Shown: one piece after another, positions 1-13,775 of the stretch
Layout of the letters: each line of letters begins with the position of its first letter
Numbering within the stretch: position 1 is the stretch's first letter
Assembly (NCBI GenBank): GCA_024626585.2
Contig: JANKJI020000002.1
Location: 69,050,514 to 69,085,343, forward strand
From: Ginkgo biloba
Lineage: Eukaryota; Plantae; Ginkgophyta
Direction: 5' to 3'
DNA: 34,830 nt
Translations under genes and position numbers: made by a program
Notes under the pieces: generated by a model
The model's database searches: none
The model's input: the letters and a program-made list of their open reading frames with translations, nothing else
What the model was told of the DNA's origin: nothing

Positions 1-1370
1 TTCAAGATCGATCACTATCTTTATTCTCAAATCTTATTTTATTTTTAGGATTACTTTGACACTTATTTTAACTATGACCCTAAATTCTACGATTAAAGGA
101 GTAATTATTTGGATTCCTCTTCTTATCTTATCTATTATCCTTATTAGATGTGGATGTTCTTATTATTTATATACTCTTCTCTAATACATTGGGAATTTAT
201 TATAAAGGTGATACACATTATAACCTCTATAGTACAATTCCTCTCTTGCTTTAAAAGTTATACTAGCTAATTTTTTCATTAATTATTGGAGATCATTCAT
301 AGTTTTTGTTAACTCAATGGTTTTCTCCAAAGAATTGATTATTATATAATTTATTCTACCTCTATTTCCACCACTTTTTGAAGAGACTCTATATAGGATC
401 TTAAATCTCCTTGATTAATTTGAGATCAATTGCTTCTAGTGCAACCAACAACAAACTAATTGACCTTTTATTCCTTAAGAATAGAAAAATATGATATTCC
501 AATCAAAGCTTTATAACATCCATTATATCCTCTAATATACTATAGATTATTTAATTCATTAAATTCAATAAGGTAATATTATATATATGTGTATGCTTAT
601 CAATATGCAACTTTAACTACATTCAATTTTTTCAATGATGCATGGCATTTGACTTAGAGTACTAGTATTGTATTGGCCCTAGAAGAGTTGTTAAAAACTC
701 TCTCTTCACTTCATATTATTGACAATCACCCCTTCAACGCCCTAAATGTAGCCACATGTAAATAAATATCTTTATCCATTTGACGCTATATTAAACATTA
801 ACAATTACAATGATTCATCCATGAACATAGATGTGAATTTTGATGATCCATTCATCTCATAATTCCATCTTTATGTTGATCCAAATAAATTTATGATTAC
901 AATAATTTATATATAATTTAATGATGTTCTACCAAAGAATAACCACCTTGTAGTTCTTTCCTCTTATATTTATGTCATAGTATTATTTTTTAAACTTTCT
1001 TGTGAACATTTCTTAATTCTTTNNNNNNNNNNNNNNNNNNNNNNNNNNNCATGTGAAATATCACTTAGCAATCAACGCAAATCAACTTGATGCAAATGAT
1101 CTTTTAAAATGAAAAGCATTTAACAACTCTTACTAGATGATCACAATGTCTCTCATCACTATTTGCCATGGCTCATAACTACAACACTTGCAACACATCA
1201 TGTTAGATTCACACTTGATTTCTTTAATCTTTTTGTAAAGATACTTCGAATCTTTACTGAATATTTTTAANNNNNNNNNNNNNNNNNNNNNNNNNNNNNN
1301 NNNNNNNNNNNNNNNNNNNNNNNNNNNNNNNNNNNNNNNNNNNNNNNNNNNNNNNNNNNNNNNNNNNNNN

Positions 1371-1947
1371 AAACGTTATCACACTGGGTTGTGATGTCCA
1401 TTATAAAATTTTCCCATAGGTATAGGACTCCCATTGCCTTCTTTCGCCTAACCTATTGGCACCACTGGAACTGTTCATTTGCTAGATGTAGTGCTGCCAA
1501 TGTCACTTTTTTCTGATCAAGTACCTGGTGTAACATGAAATATTGGTAGCGTTGGCTTAGCCAAATCCTCACATCTATCCCATCAAACTTTTTAATTTTC
1601 ACTTTGGGAGGATAATTCCCTTTTAGTACAAAGGAGTCCTTTAGTAGGAAGGAATCGTCAAGCTTCCCTTTGCCTTTGAATGTCTCTTCCATCTTGGTTT
1701 TCCCTTTGTTATATGAGCTTCCTCCTATTTCAATAGAATCTTTAGGGTCATGGGATTTTTTTATAAATTGTTTAGTGAGGTTCCTCAATTCATTTTTCAT
1801 TTCCCCTAGGTCGATTCTTAGTTTAACATCAATCAACTCCTCTCTAGTTAATCTTTCTATTATGCCTACTCTAACAACCTTTATAAGATTTAACAAATCT
1901 AAATAACATATTGACCCTATGCTCAATTTTTCCCTTCTTATTCTCAA
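1371..1947 (-). mobile_element. Degenerate Ty3/gypsy LTR-retrotransposon gag remnant
   Basis: PKVKIKKFDGIDVRIWLSQRYQYFMLHQVLDQKKVTLAALHLANEQFQWCQ matches the plant gypsy gag pattern P(K)..F.KFDG.D...W......YF......KV.LAALHL...A.QW. The frame continues past an in-frame TAG as *VRRKKAMGVLYLWENFIMDI (the W..F gag motif) up to the N gap at 1370. Confidence 0.8.
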
Positions 1948-4900
1948 ATTCTAAAACCTTCACTCTCATTTAGAATTCTGGATGTTGGACTTCCAAGAAT
2001 GATGTAATCATCATCCCACACAAATATTTAACTTTATTAAGATTTTCCTTTGATAAACTCAACTCATATGGATTTATCTTTACATGCTTCAGTGCAACTA
2101 CACTAAAGAACTTGACTCTATGTTTTTCTTTATAAAGCATCTTATTTCTTAACTTACAGAGTATAGACTTGACACATACTTATACTAACTTTGGAAACAA
2201 AACCAAATATTCCTTTTTAAATACTTAAATTCTCTTTATATATTTATCTAACATTATTTTACAAAGTTGTTTTAAACCATACATTAATACTACAATTATC
2301 AAGGTAAGAACTACTTAAACAACAAGTTAACGTGGGGAGAATAATTTTCCTTAAAAAAAAAGAAAAGAAAAATAGAAATTAGTTTAACAATATGGTTATC
2401 AAACAGTGAATACTTAATCTCTTATAAGAGGGAATACAAAGATTCTTTATGGAACTATTATATAAATCTAAGAACACTCCAAGTTTATTCTTACTAATCC
2501 ACCATTTACATGAATTAAACCAATCTCTATTATAAACTTAAAACACAACAATCTAAGAGAGGTATTGGATTTAATACAATCAAGAATTTAAAAGTTATAA
2601 AGAGTCAAGAAAACATCTCCAAGATGGTCAATTTTGTATTCTATCATCATGAAATCATCTATTAAGAAATATGAGGCTTGAGAAAGAGGATTAGACAACT
2701 AATTGTAGAGCATCACTATTTAACAAGGGTCATTAAAAGTATATATTACAATAAACTCCAAAAATATAATTATCTAATTTAAGATGGCCTTGGTATATTA
2801 ATTAGAATTATTATACCCTTATGATAGGGAAAAGGGTTTAAGTCAAGAGGTATAACATTCCAAGTCGACACCTATTATTCCTTTGACATGAGTAGAATCT
2901 ATGTAAAGACCAAAATCCCTAATGATCTTGATAAAAATCCTTTAGTTAAAAATGTTGACAATGCACTCTTAAAGTGCCAAAAGTACTAGTACCCCNNNNN
3001 NNNNNNNNNNNNNNNNNNNNNNNNNNNNNNNNNNNNNNNNNNNNNNNNNNNNNNNNNNNNNNNNNNNNNNNNNNNNNNNNNNNNNNNNNNNNNNNNNNNN
3101 NNNNNNNNNNNNNNNNNNNNNNNNNNNNNNNNNNNNNNNNNNNNNNNNNNNNNNNNNNNNNNNNNNNNNNNNNNNNNNNNNNNNNNNNNNNNNNNNNNNN
3201 NNNNNNNNNNNNNNNNNNNNNNNNNNNNNNNNNNNNNNNNNNNNNNNNNNNNNNNNNNNNNNNNNNNNNNNNNNNNNNNNNNNNNNNNNNNNNNNNNNNN
3301 NNNNNNNNNNNNNNNNNNNNNNNNNNNNNNNNNNNNNNNNNNNNNNNNNNNNNNNNNNNNNNNNNNNNNNNNNNNNNNNNNNNNNNNNNNNNNNNNNNNN
3401 NNNNNNNNNNNNNNNNNNNNNNNNNNNNNNNNNNNNNNNNNNNNNNNNNNNNNNNNNNNNNNNNNNNNNNNNNNNNNNNNNNNNNNNNNNNNNNNNNNNN
3501 NNNNNNNNNNNNNNNNNNNNNNNNNNNNNNNNNNNNNNNNNNNNNNNNNNNNNNNNNNNNNNNNNNNNNNNNNNNNNNNNNNNNNNNNNNNNNNNNNNNN
3601 NNNNNNNNNNNNNNNNNNNNNNNNNNNNNNNNNNNNNNNNNNNNNNNNNNNNNNNNNNNNNNNNNNNNNNNNNNNNNNNNNNNNNNNNNNNNNNNNNNNN
3701 NNNNNNNNNNNNNNNNNNNNNNNNNNNNNNNNNNNNNNNNNNNNNNNNNNNNNNNNNNNNNNNNNNNNNNNNNNNNNNNNNNNNNNNNNNNNNNNNNNNN
3801 NNNNNNNNNNNNNNNNNNNNNNNNNNNNNNNNNNNNNNNNNNNNNNNNNNNNNNNNNNNNNNNNNNNNNNNNNNNNNNNNNNNNNNNNNNNNNNNNNNNN
3901 NNNNNNNNNNNNNNNNNNNNNNNNNNNTATTAAAAAAAAAAAGTGCATGTGCATGTGCATGTATACATTATACTCTCTTTTCATATATGAGTTTTCTATG
4001 GGCCAATATCTATTCATGGATACTTAAGAGTAAGCCATTAGCCTCTTCTATATATGAAAATAATGCACCATTTTTCACTCTTAACTTCATTTTGACTTGA
4101 GTTTCTTATATTACAAAGAGTATTTTGACGTTTTCTATGGATTTAGAACTTGGATAGTTAAAATTTTAAAAGATTGCACCATTGCTTTTAAATTTATAAT
4201 TTATGGTTTGCAATTTTTTCTTAAATTAGGTTTTGAATTTGTATATTTATGTTATTATATTTATAAATTTAATTAATGAATTTTGCATTTTTACATAAAG
4301 CTTGATTATTTATGATTATAAATCCTTAATCATTTTGATATATTCTATTAGACACATGCTTATTTTATTTCCTTTGAACTTTTGAGCCTTTTAGTGATGC
4401 CAAGTGTTGTTCTTTATTTTCTTTTTTCTATATGTTTGAAAAAAGGGTGTAAGATCCATTTCTACTTAGTGTCTGTGGTCTAAGAGTAGTATAACAATCT
4501 TGACATAAAATGAGATTTTTTTTTTTTTTTTTTTTTTNNNNNNNNNNNNNNNNNNNNNCCTTATTTCTTAGTAGTATATATTAACCTATAGTGGAAAATT
4601 CATTAACCTAAGACCATTATTTGGTATGTTAGTGAATGATATAGGTTGCGATGATTACTTTATTAGTGTATATATATATATTATATATATGATATAATGG
4701 TTTAAGTTCCAAGAAGTAGCCAAATTTTGGTTAGTTTAGGTTTTCAGGCATAGTGATGTCCCTAAGGGATCTTGAATTTGATCTGTTTTACCATCTAAGG
4801 GAATCATAACTACTCTTATTCACTTACTCAACTTGGTAATAATATATTTCCTATGATCCATCTACTATTTTCTCTTGTATATATTATCTAAGAATGTGAT

Positions 4901-6119
4901 TTTTTAGTCTGGTGATGACCATTAAGTTTATTATCACCGATGCAGGTATTTCATGATTGAGAACGTTTGCCCCAAATTCTTATTTTTCTTATAAACTATA
5001 AATTTCAAAAATGAATTTCTAGCAGTGAATTATGAATATGATAAGTTATGAATGGCAAGATAAAAATAAATTTCAAAAAAAAGAAATGGAATCTAAATTT
5101 GATGAAATGTATACTTGAAGTGCATTTTTTTATAGCATCTATTATAAAATAAAACTAGGCATGTAACCCTTTTGTACAAATAGGTAAATCATTCTTAGTA
5201 TTCCCACAATTCCATTTGAAGTTCAACTAAATTCCTAAAGTTTTTTAGTTATCTTCAAATCCATGCCTTTTCATATGATTGTAATCGAAAGTTGACAAGA
5301 TGTGCAATCAAAAGGAAATAATTTTGTAAAAAATGGACCTACGACATGTATATACAATCTCTCAAAATTTGATATGCTATTTATAAATGTTTTATTTAAG
5401 CTTAATAATGTTGGTAAAAGTCATCACTTATTTGTCTATTAAGTGAGTTATATAGAGTTTGAGCTTGATTAATAGTTTATTGAGGTTTTGAGGTGTATTT
5501 TGTTTGATGGGATATTGACTAGTTTCCTTCCTTCATAATATAGTAATGAGTTAGATAAGTTGAATTTGGATATGATTACTATACATGCATATGCCATTGT
5601 TACTCTTGTAGGTTACCAATTGTGTTGTGATTCTAAAGGCCATGATAAAATCTTTAGGACACGTTTGAATATTAGTATCTATTAATAAGGATTATTATTT
5701 GTTTGAGATTGGAATGATGACCTTATGCCAAGCTTGGGGTTAACTTAATAATGATGGTATCAATGTATAATCCTTTTCTCAATTGCCTTTGTTTTTTAAT
5801 ATTTATAAAATCATGAGCTTAGTTTGAGATTGTATATGCTTATATTAATGGATTTTTAATGATTCTTTGAATAAATATGTAAGATATGATGTTTTATTTG
5901 AGTTTCTTTTATGGAAAAATTAATTAAACATATCAATATAACATTTGATAATTACAAAAGCATAACAAATGCATGTAAATAGTTTTCTTACATTTGGGTC
6001 CTTGTTTACATTATGTTTAAATGAAATTTTTTATTTCTATAATTTCCAAGCCTATTATTATAAGATACTTGTTATTTATAATCCAATAATCATAATTCCT
6101 AATGTACTGAGTTATTAAT

Positions 6120-6560
6120 GGGGTATCAAAATAACTATTTTGACTTGGCTTTCACCATTTTCTAATATGCCTATCAATCATCATTAAACACTTTTTTCCT
6201 TGTAGATTACACTTGTATGTTTGACTTTAATCATGCATTTGAAATAATATTTAAAGGCCACATTTAAATGTGAATCAGAGTGTAGGTTATCTTGCACCTC
6301 CAAAATAAGCTTAAGTACCACCAAATGGTATTTCGAATTGTGAACCTTTTTGGGCTATTTTCAATGAGATCATGATTCAATAATTAACACTCCATTTGTA
6401 GTTGATCTTTCTAAAGATAATGTATACAAGTGGAGACCTATGGCGTTTACTTCCCAAAGTCTCTATCTATCTTTGAACTAGATGTTCCCATTTGGGATGA
6501 AATGTAGTGGTTTTTATATAAATTACACTTTCACCTTTCATATGCAATAAGAAGAAATAT
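6120..6560 (+). mobile_element. Highly decayed gypsy RT / RNase H remnant
   Basis: Fragmentary motifs in the expected order across frameshifts: KCE..V.YL (~6265-6295), FLGYF (~6347), NTPFVVD (~6386, cf. KPFVVECDAS) and RPMAFTSQSL (6434-6463, cf. RPIAF.S..L). Confidence 0.35.
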
Positions 6561-9500
6561 AATCAATTTGATTAAGCATCTTCTTGACATTGTGCATGGT
6601 TATATTATTATGTTTCTTCCATTACAAAGATCTTCTAAGGCATTAATAACTACATATATGCCTAATTATAGAACGTGTAAATGTGCCTTATAACCACTAT
6701 CTTCATAGATTTGGATTTGGTGCTTATCCTTAATGAATTTATAACTTCATTATAACAACTCAACATATGATTTCTTATGAACACATGATATTTTTTTTTG
6801 TATTTCTTCCTTATGTGACTATCATTGATATGCATTTCCTTTTTTTACGACATTCTTAACCAACCATACATTGTTATTTTCCTAATACATGGGTGTTAAG
6901 GATAATTATAGATAACACTCCCTTTATATGCTCTAGACTATAATATCATCTTATATAAACTTACCATTATATCATGATGGAGTTCTCCTTTTTTCATCAA
7001 TAATAGTGTCAATAGGTATAATAAGATGATTTAAGCATGATTCTTGGCCTTGTATATTGTCTTAAAGTTTTGGTTTTCTCCTTGACAACAATAGAATAGT
7101 TTATGCTCAAAGGCATTGCTTAGATATACTTACCTAATAATAGAAAATGATTTTTCCAAAGGAAGAAATAACTATAGGATTATAAGATCCCATAAAAGAA
7201 AAATAAAACTTACCAGAGTTTTCTCAAAAGGGAAGGTAAGTCTATTTACATAAGGTCCTCCCTATGAAAGATGGCGAGCTTCATTTATTTCCATCATGGC
7301 AACTATATGAAAGGTTCCCTAAGTTCCCTTAGGTATTGCTTAAGTAATTTTGCTCTTGAAGAATTAAATTTTGTAATCTAGTCCTAAAGGCTCTTCTCCT
7401 CTAATGTAATTTATGTTTGCGTATTTTTTTTTAAGATGTATAACATTATAAACTCATGAGTTGGTTATTTATAATCAAGTCTCCAATTGTTATCATATAA
7501 TTTTCTTAATTATCTTAATCTTTTTATATACTTNNNNNNNNNNNNNNNNNNNNNNNNNNNNNNNNNNNNNNNNNNNNNNNNNNNNNNNNNNNNNNNNNNN
7601 NNNNNNNNNNNNNNNNNNNNNNNNNNNNNNNNNNNNNNNNNNNNNNNNNNNNNNNNNNNNNNNNNNNNNNNNNNNNNNNNNNNNNNNNNNNNNNNNNNNN
7701 NNNNNNNNNNNNNNNNNNNNNNNNNNNNNNNNNNNNNNNNNNNNNNNNNNNNNNNNNNNNNNNNNNNNNNNNNNNNNNNNNNNNNNNNNNNNNNNNNNNN
7801 NNNNNNNNNNNNNNNNNNNNNNNNNNNNNNNNNNNNNNNNNNNNNNNNNNNNNNNNNNNNNNNNNNNNNNNNNNNNNNNNNNNNNNNNNNNNNNNNNNNN
7901 NNNNNNNNNNNNNNNNNNNNNNNNNNNNNNNNNNNNNNNNNNNNNNNNNNNNNNNNNNNNNNNNNNNNNNNNNNNNNNNNNNNNNNNNNNNNNNNNNNNN
8001 NNNNNNNNNNNNNNNNNNNNNNNNNNNNNNNNNNNNNNNNNNNNNNNNNNNNNNNNNNNNNNNNNNNNNNNNNNNNNNNNNNNNNNNNNNNNNNNNNNNN
8101 NNNNNNNNNNNNNNNNNNNNNNNNNNNNNNNNNNNNNNNNNNNNNNNNNNNNNNNNNNNNNNNNNNNNNNNNNNNNNNNNNNNNNNNNNNNNNNNNNNNN
8201 NNNNNNNNNNNNNNNNNNNNNNNNNNNNNNNNNNNNNNNNNNNNNNNNNNNNNNNNNNNNNNNNNNNNNNNNNNNNNNNNNNNNNNNNNNNNNNNNNNNN
8301 NNNNNNNNNNNNNNNNNNNNNNNNNNNNNGAGAGATGGTTGGTTATCTACCACACATATATTGGATGATAGCATCAAACCAATATTAGATTAAACAACCT
8401 TAAATATAGTAACATTGCATAATTATGCAAATACTAAAGGTGCACATGTTTTAGTGAAGTTTATGGAGTCTTGTGGACTATGATATAATGGTTAGAATCG
8501 GGTGCTAATCCACAATCGACCAAGGCTTAATAACCATTGAGCTAGCTCACTTTAAGCCAAAGTTGAAAAAATATTCCCACTCATGTCTTTTAAATAAAAA
8601 TCAGTATTAGGTGGAAGTGTAGAAATCATTTCATTTTGATCTTTATCAGATCATGACTAAATACATGACAATTTTCTCTAAATTATGGAAACGTATAGGT
8701 ACAATATAATTGATATCTCTTTGAATGCATTCTTCATTTAGGACAACTATGAGTTGTGGAGACAAGAAATCTTATTGTAAGCATGCACTGGCATACACAA
8801 ATCATATAATAGTATTCATGAAATCATATTACAAATGACAAGATGTGATTAAAAACTCCTTTTTAAAGATTTTTTTTTCACTTTCCATAACATTTATACC
8901 ATTGCTTGAAATATAGGACCCTTGACTTTACATAAGAAAGTTGCCAATCAAATATTTAATACTAGAAAATTACAAAGGGGCTTTAAGGATTAGATATTGA
9001 ATGGTAAGAAACCACTAAGAAACTTTATGGCTAGTACATTTAATTAAAAACATAACACCCATCAACACCTTCAAGTTCCACTCAATGAATGATATGATCA
9101 TTTTATTAAATGAGCATCAAAGATGAATAAAAATAAAGTATAAAAAATGAGCATGCATAGTATTAAAAATGTTGTTGGGCTTCTTTGCAAAGCAAAATGT
9201 TGAAGGAAATTTGTTCTAAAGGCGAAATTCATTTAACAGAGAATGGTGGGCAAGGTTTATACCATTGTGCTAGAACTTCGTGAAGATTAGAATGTGTTAA
9301 GCTTGCTCACTGTGTTGAAAGGCGCATGATTTCAAGAAACGATGGTTTGTGAAGAAATTGTGAAGAGCAACGCTCATAGGTTCAATGGCGTTCACTGTGA
9401 GTTCAAATTGTTGGTTCACTTAGCACACTTAGACGACGCTAAACATTGCTGAATGGCGTAAGACAAAGTCGTGAAGTAGATTTTGTGGATCGTGGTGAGC

Positions 9501-12500
9501 ACAGGATTTGAATTGGGCAAAAATTGGTTATGGGCTAATTCGAAATCGCACAAAAATTTTTGAAATCGCATGAATCGNNNNNNNNNNNNNNNNNNNNNNN
9601 NNNNNNNNNNNNNNNNNNNNNNNNNNNNNNNNNNNNNNNNNNNNNNNNNNNNNNNNNNNNNNNNNNNNNNNNNNNNNNNNNNNNNNNNNNNNNNNNNNNN
9701 NNNNNNNNNNNNNNNNNNNNNNNNNNNNNNNNNNNNNNNNNNNNNNNNNNNNNNNNNNNNNNNNNNNNNNNNNNNNNNNNNNNNNNNNNNNNNNNNNNNN
9801 NNNNNNNNNNNNNNNNNNNNNNNNNNNNNNNNNNNNNNNNNNNNNNNNNNNNNNNNNNNNNNNNNNNNNNNNNNNNNNNNNNNNNNNNNNNNNNNNNNNN
9901 NNNNNNNNNNNNNNNNNNNNNNNNNNNNNNNNNNNNNNNNNNNNNNNNNNNNNNNNNNNNNNNNNNNNNNNNNNNNNNNNNNNNNNNNNNNNNNNNNNNN
10001 NNNNNNNNNNNNNNNNNNNNNNNNNNNNNNNNNNNNNNNNNNNNNNNNNNNNNNNNNNNNNNNNNNNNNNNNNNNNNNNNNNNNNNNNNNNNNNNNNNNN
10101 NNNNNNNNNNNNNNNNNNNNNNNNNNNNNNNNNNNNNNNNNNNNNNNNNNNNNNNNNNNNNNNNNNNNNNNNNNNNNNNNNNNNNNNNNNNNNNNNNNNN
10201 NNNNNNNNNNNNNNNNNNNNNNNNNNNNNNNNNNNNNNNNNNNNNNNNNNNNNNNNNNNNNNNNNNNNNNNNNNNNNNNNNNNNNNNNNNNNNNNNNNNN
10301 NNNNNNNNNNNNNNNNNNNNNNNNNNNNNNNNNNNNNNNNNNNNNNNNNNNNNNNNNNNNNNNNNNNNNNNNNNNNNNNNNNNNNNNNNNNNNNNNNNNN
10401 NNNNNNNNNNNNNNNNNNNNNNNNNNNNNNNNNNNNNNNNNNNNNNNNNNNNNNNNNNNNNNNNNNNNNNNNNNNNNNNNNNNNNNATCAAAGTGAATTA
10501 TCAATAAGTAAGCTCATAGCCATAATCATGTTTTGCTCAATAAGTCAATTTTCAGGCAGTATTCAAACTTTCATGGAGTTGTTGCGAAAGGCTCATTGCA
10601 TTATTGTTCCATAGTCAATTTACTAGAAGACAGAAATTTAATTCAGAAATGAATTTTACAAGTTAGTAAACAAAATAAGGAAAGCTATCAAAGTTTTCAT
10701 AATCCCACCCATCTTTCTTTAAACTATNNNNNNNNNNNNNNNNNNNNNNNNNNNNCATGAAGGCATTTTAAGAGCCTACAAAACAAAATAGTCTCATTCT
10801 TTTAGTCAAACAAGTGCTCCATTAAAGTTGTTACCAACTATTATTTACCCGGACCATAAAAAAGTGGTTATGGAGTAGTTTCATATTGGTGATGGGTTAT
10901 TCTCATAAACAGATAGAACAATTCTAGAGATTCTTTTAACTGAATCTTTAAAAAGTGGTGTCTAATNNNNNNNNNNNNNNNNNNNNNNNNNNNNNNNNNN
11001 NNNNNNNTTTTAGTAGGTTAATAAAATTAAAGTTTTCTTAACACCACCACATGGGCAACCAAAACCTAACCACTTGGGCATATGTTGCCATATTTTCAGA
11101 GATCATGCACATTAAATTTGAGATGAAGTGGGTTTAGGATTTAGAGATGTGGTTAAGGGGTCATACTTTGCAACTAATAATCACCAATTCATGCATGCTT
11201 GTGCCATGTACAAGACAAACATTAAAAGCAATAGTATTTGGTAATAGGGAACATGGACTTCTATGGCCTTGGAGACCTCCAACTTCACCATGAATCTTAG
11301 TTTTACCTTGGAGTTGATGAATCATTGGAATAACGAGGCATGGGAAAGAGAAGATTCACAAAAGGTATTTTACTCTTTGACCAATTTTAATCCTTCAAAA
11401 AGGTGAAATGCATTAACCATTAAATTGTATAACGGATACTCTATTTTAACTTTGGAGGTAATTCAAGGGCCATACTAATGTTTTTTTGTAGCAAAATTGA
11501 AGGTTTTATGGAGGTTTTGACGGTGGTCTGCCCGTCAGTATTATCGGGCTGCTACACATATTTTGATTCTGAAAATGACAAGTTGAAGGTTATGCATGAT
11601 CGTCATGTCACAAATTCATTTTAAAAACATTTTTTTGTATCAAGTGAACCCTTGCCATTGAAGGTCATATTTGTTTGTCAAATTTGATTTCCCACAGGTA
11701 ACTAGAGAAATTACTTTTAATATTGAGAATGACAGGTTAAAAGAATCCCCCCGCATTAATACATATATTTTTTAATAAGCGATGTTATTTTGGGGTCTAT
11801 TCGGACAATAAACAACTAATGGTCAGTCTAACAGAGGGATTATTAGTCTATTTCCTCTAGCTCCCTAAAAATAGGTTTGATTGTGAGACCCAATAGAACT
11901 ATTAAAGTGTATATAATTAAGTTAATATGACAAACAATTATTCCGAATGATTTGTACTTTTAAACATTCTCTTCACATAACACATTCGCTCTCTAAATTT
12001 AGTGTATTAAGATTTGCATGCACCTTAAAAAAAATCTATCTTCTATACTACTAAAATATTTGGTGCCGCAGGCCGAAAAAAATATTCAAATATTATTTCC
12101 AAAAGAAATTGCATAAAATCCTTAGGTCCGGTAAACTCCATGCCACGTCGAGCATTGAAGAAAATTGGTGGCGAACTTGAACCCGACAACAAAAAATTGT
12201 TTAATCTAATCTATGACAAAATTGGAACATTTCAGAGCGTAGTGCATTTTATTCTGTGATGTTGTTGTTAGTGTGAGCGGTTTCTATTGCAGAACAAATA
12301 GGAATCCAATGGATTTATGTGCAGAAGAGCAAAATTAACACGGAATTGAGCAATTGAAGTTCCCGCCACGACACACTACTAATCGCAAAGCTCACAGAGC
12401 TCATAAATTTGGTTGTAGAACTCTGTACCACATTGTGCTCATTTATTTAATAAATGGGTGGGGAAGAAGATTTGAACTCTGCGCCTCTACTACAAGGTGG

Positions 12501-13548
12501 CCAAACTAGATTATAGATAGACGAGGCCACGGATTGTGAAGAAAAAGCCCCCTCTATTCTATGTGGGATGAATTTTTCAATAGGTTTTCGGCACCAGTGA
12601 GGTCTAACTATGGCATCGAGGAGCCATCTAGATTTGATCTTTTGGGCATAAAAGGGCCAATGAAAGGNNNNNNNNNNNNNNNNNNNNNNNNNNNNNNNNN
12701 NNNNNNNNNNNNNNNNNNNNNNNNNNNNNNNNNNNNNNNNNNNNNNNNNNNNNNNNNNNNNNNNNNNTCTTGGGGTCCAGTCCACTCTTCAACCTTCACA
12801 ATCAACAGCATTGATAGAGATGCATCTGCTCTCAACACACAGTATCCCATGCATCAATAGTACTAACAGCCTTTGACTCCCGTCGGTATTCTCCGAAACG
12901 GCTCCTTGCTTCACATGGGTTCTTCATCATTCCCTCATAACCTCATTCCAACTGCTATCTTAACAGCAACCTGCTATCATCGCTAAAAAAATTCCCTATT
13001 CTTTACAAATCGTTGTCCTCCACAGAATGCATGTGGGGCTTTGGTTTTTTGTTTTCATCTTGTTTCTGTTTTGGATTTTTCCACAGCCACCAAAAAAGAA
13101 ACCACTTTTATTTTTTTAAATTCAGTTCTTCCTCTGAATTGCATGGTAGGTAGGCTAGACTTGCATTACAGAAATTGTAGTAGGAAGTTTTTACATTGCA
13201 GTGCCAGTGATGCATGTGGGTCCTTTACGACTTCCTCTATAGCATTGCCCAGAGTGTAGTCCCGCCATTTCTTAGCTGTATTGTCAGTTTGTAGCTTTAT
13301 TCTTAATCAATCTGCTTACCGAAGTGCATTCATTCTCACTATCCCAAAATCCCATTTTTTTACTTCATCCACACTGTCAACCAATGACAATGGGACCTAT
13401 CCACTTCGGCTAGATGCTCACCCACCTTGAACCAAGAGAGCCAAAATCTCTTTAAGGAACAGCAATGGCGCTGCACTGATGTCTGTAACAAATCTTCCAA
13501 TGCTGCTCTTCTGTTCCATTCACAAGTCTTCCTGTACTTGGATAAAAA

Positions 13549-13557
13549 TATATAAAA
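13549..13557 (+). promoter_or_regulatory. Candidate TATA box for the DUF1191 gene
   Basis: TATATAAAA about 230 bp upstream of the ATG. The AT-rich background makes chance occurrence likely, and a 5'UTR intron would move the TSS further upstream. Confidence 0.2.
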
Positions 13558-13724
13558 TACGGCGTTTGACCTGTTACAGAGATGCTTATGTGGCTAGTCC
13601 TTAATCTGCATCATCATTGGAATGGCTAGAATGTGAGAATCCTGTGAAAAAGGTTTCAGTTTTTGGTGTTCTTCTGCAGAAATAGGCATCGAATATTGTG
13701 GTGAAAGCGAAACTATACAAGCAG

Positions 13725-13769
13725 ATGGTTCAGATCCTTAGTTTAATGCAAGGGATCCAATTTTTTTGA
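13725..13769 (+). promoter_or_regulatory. Candidate upstream ORF (MVQILSLMQGIQFF*) in the DUF1191 leader
   Basis: ATG at 13725 (second in-frame ATG at 13746), TGA at 13767-13769, ending 11 nt before the main ATG and out of frame with it. Functional only if included in the mRNA. Confidence 0.4.
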
Positions 13770-13775
13770 GGAGAA

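Noticed and set aside
1-1020. Possible integrase/RNaseH traces downstream of the gag remnant (minus strand)
   Set aside because: Only 3-5 residue resemblances; too decayed to support by eye.
5138-5200. CTAG plus imperfect palindrome resembling a Helitron terminus
   Set aside because: The hairpin is AT-rich and mismatched, which is compatible with chance.
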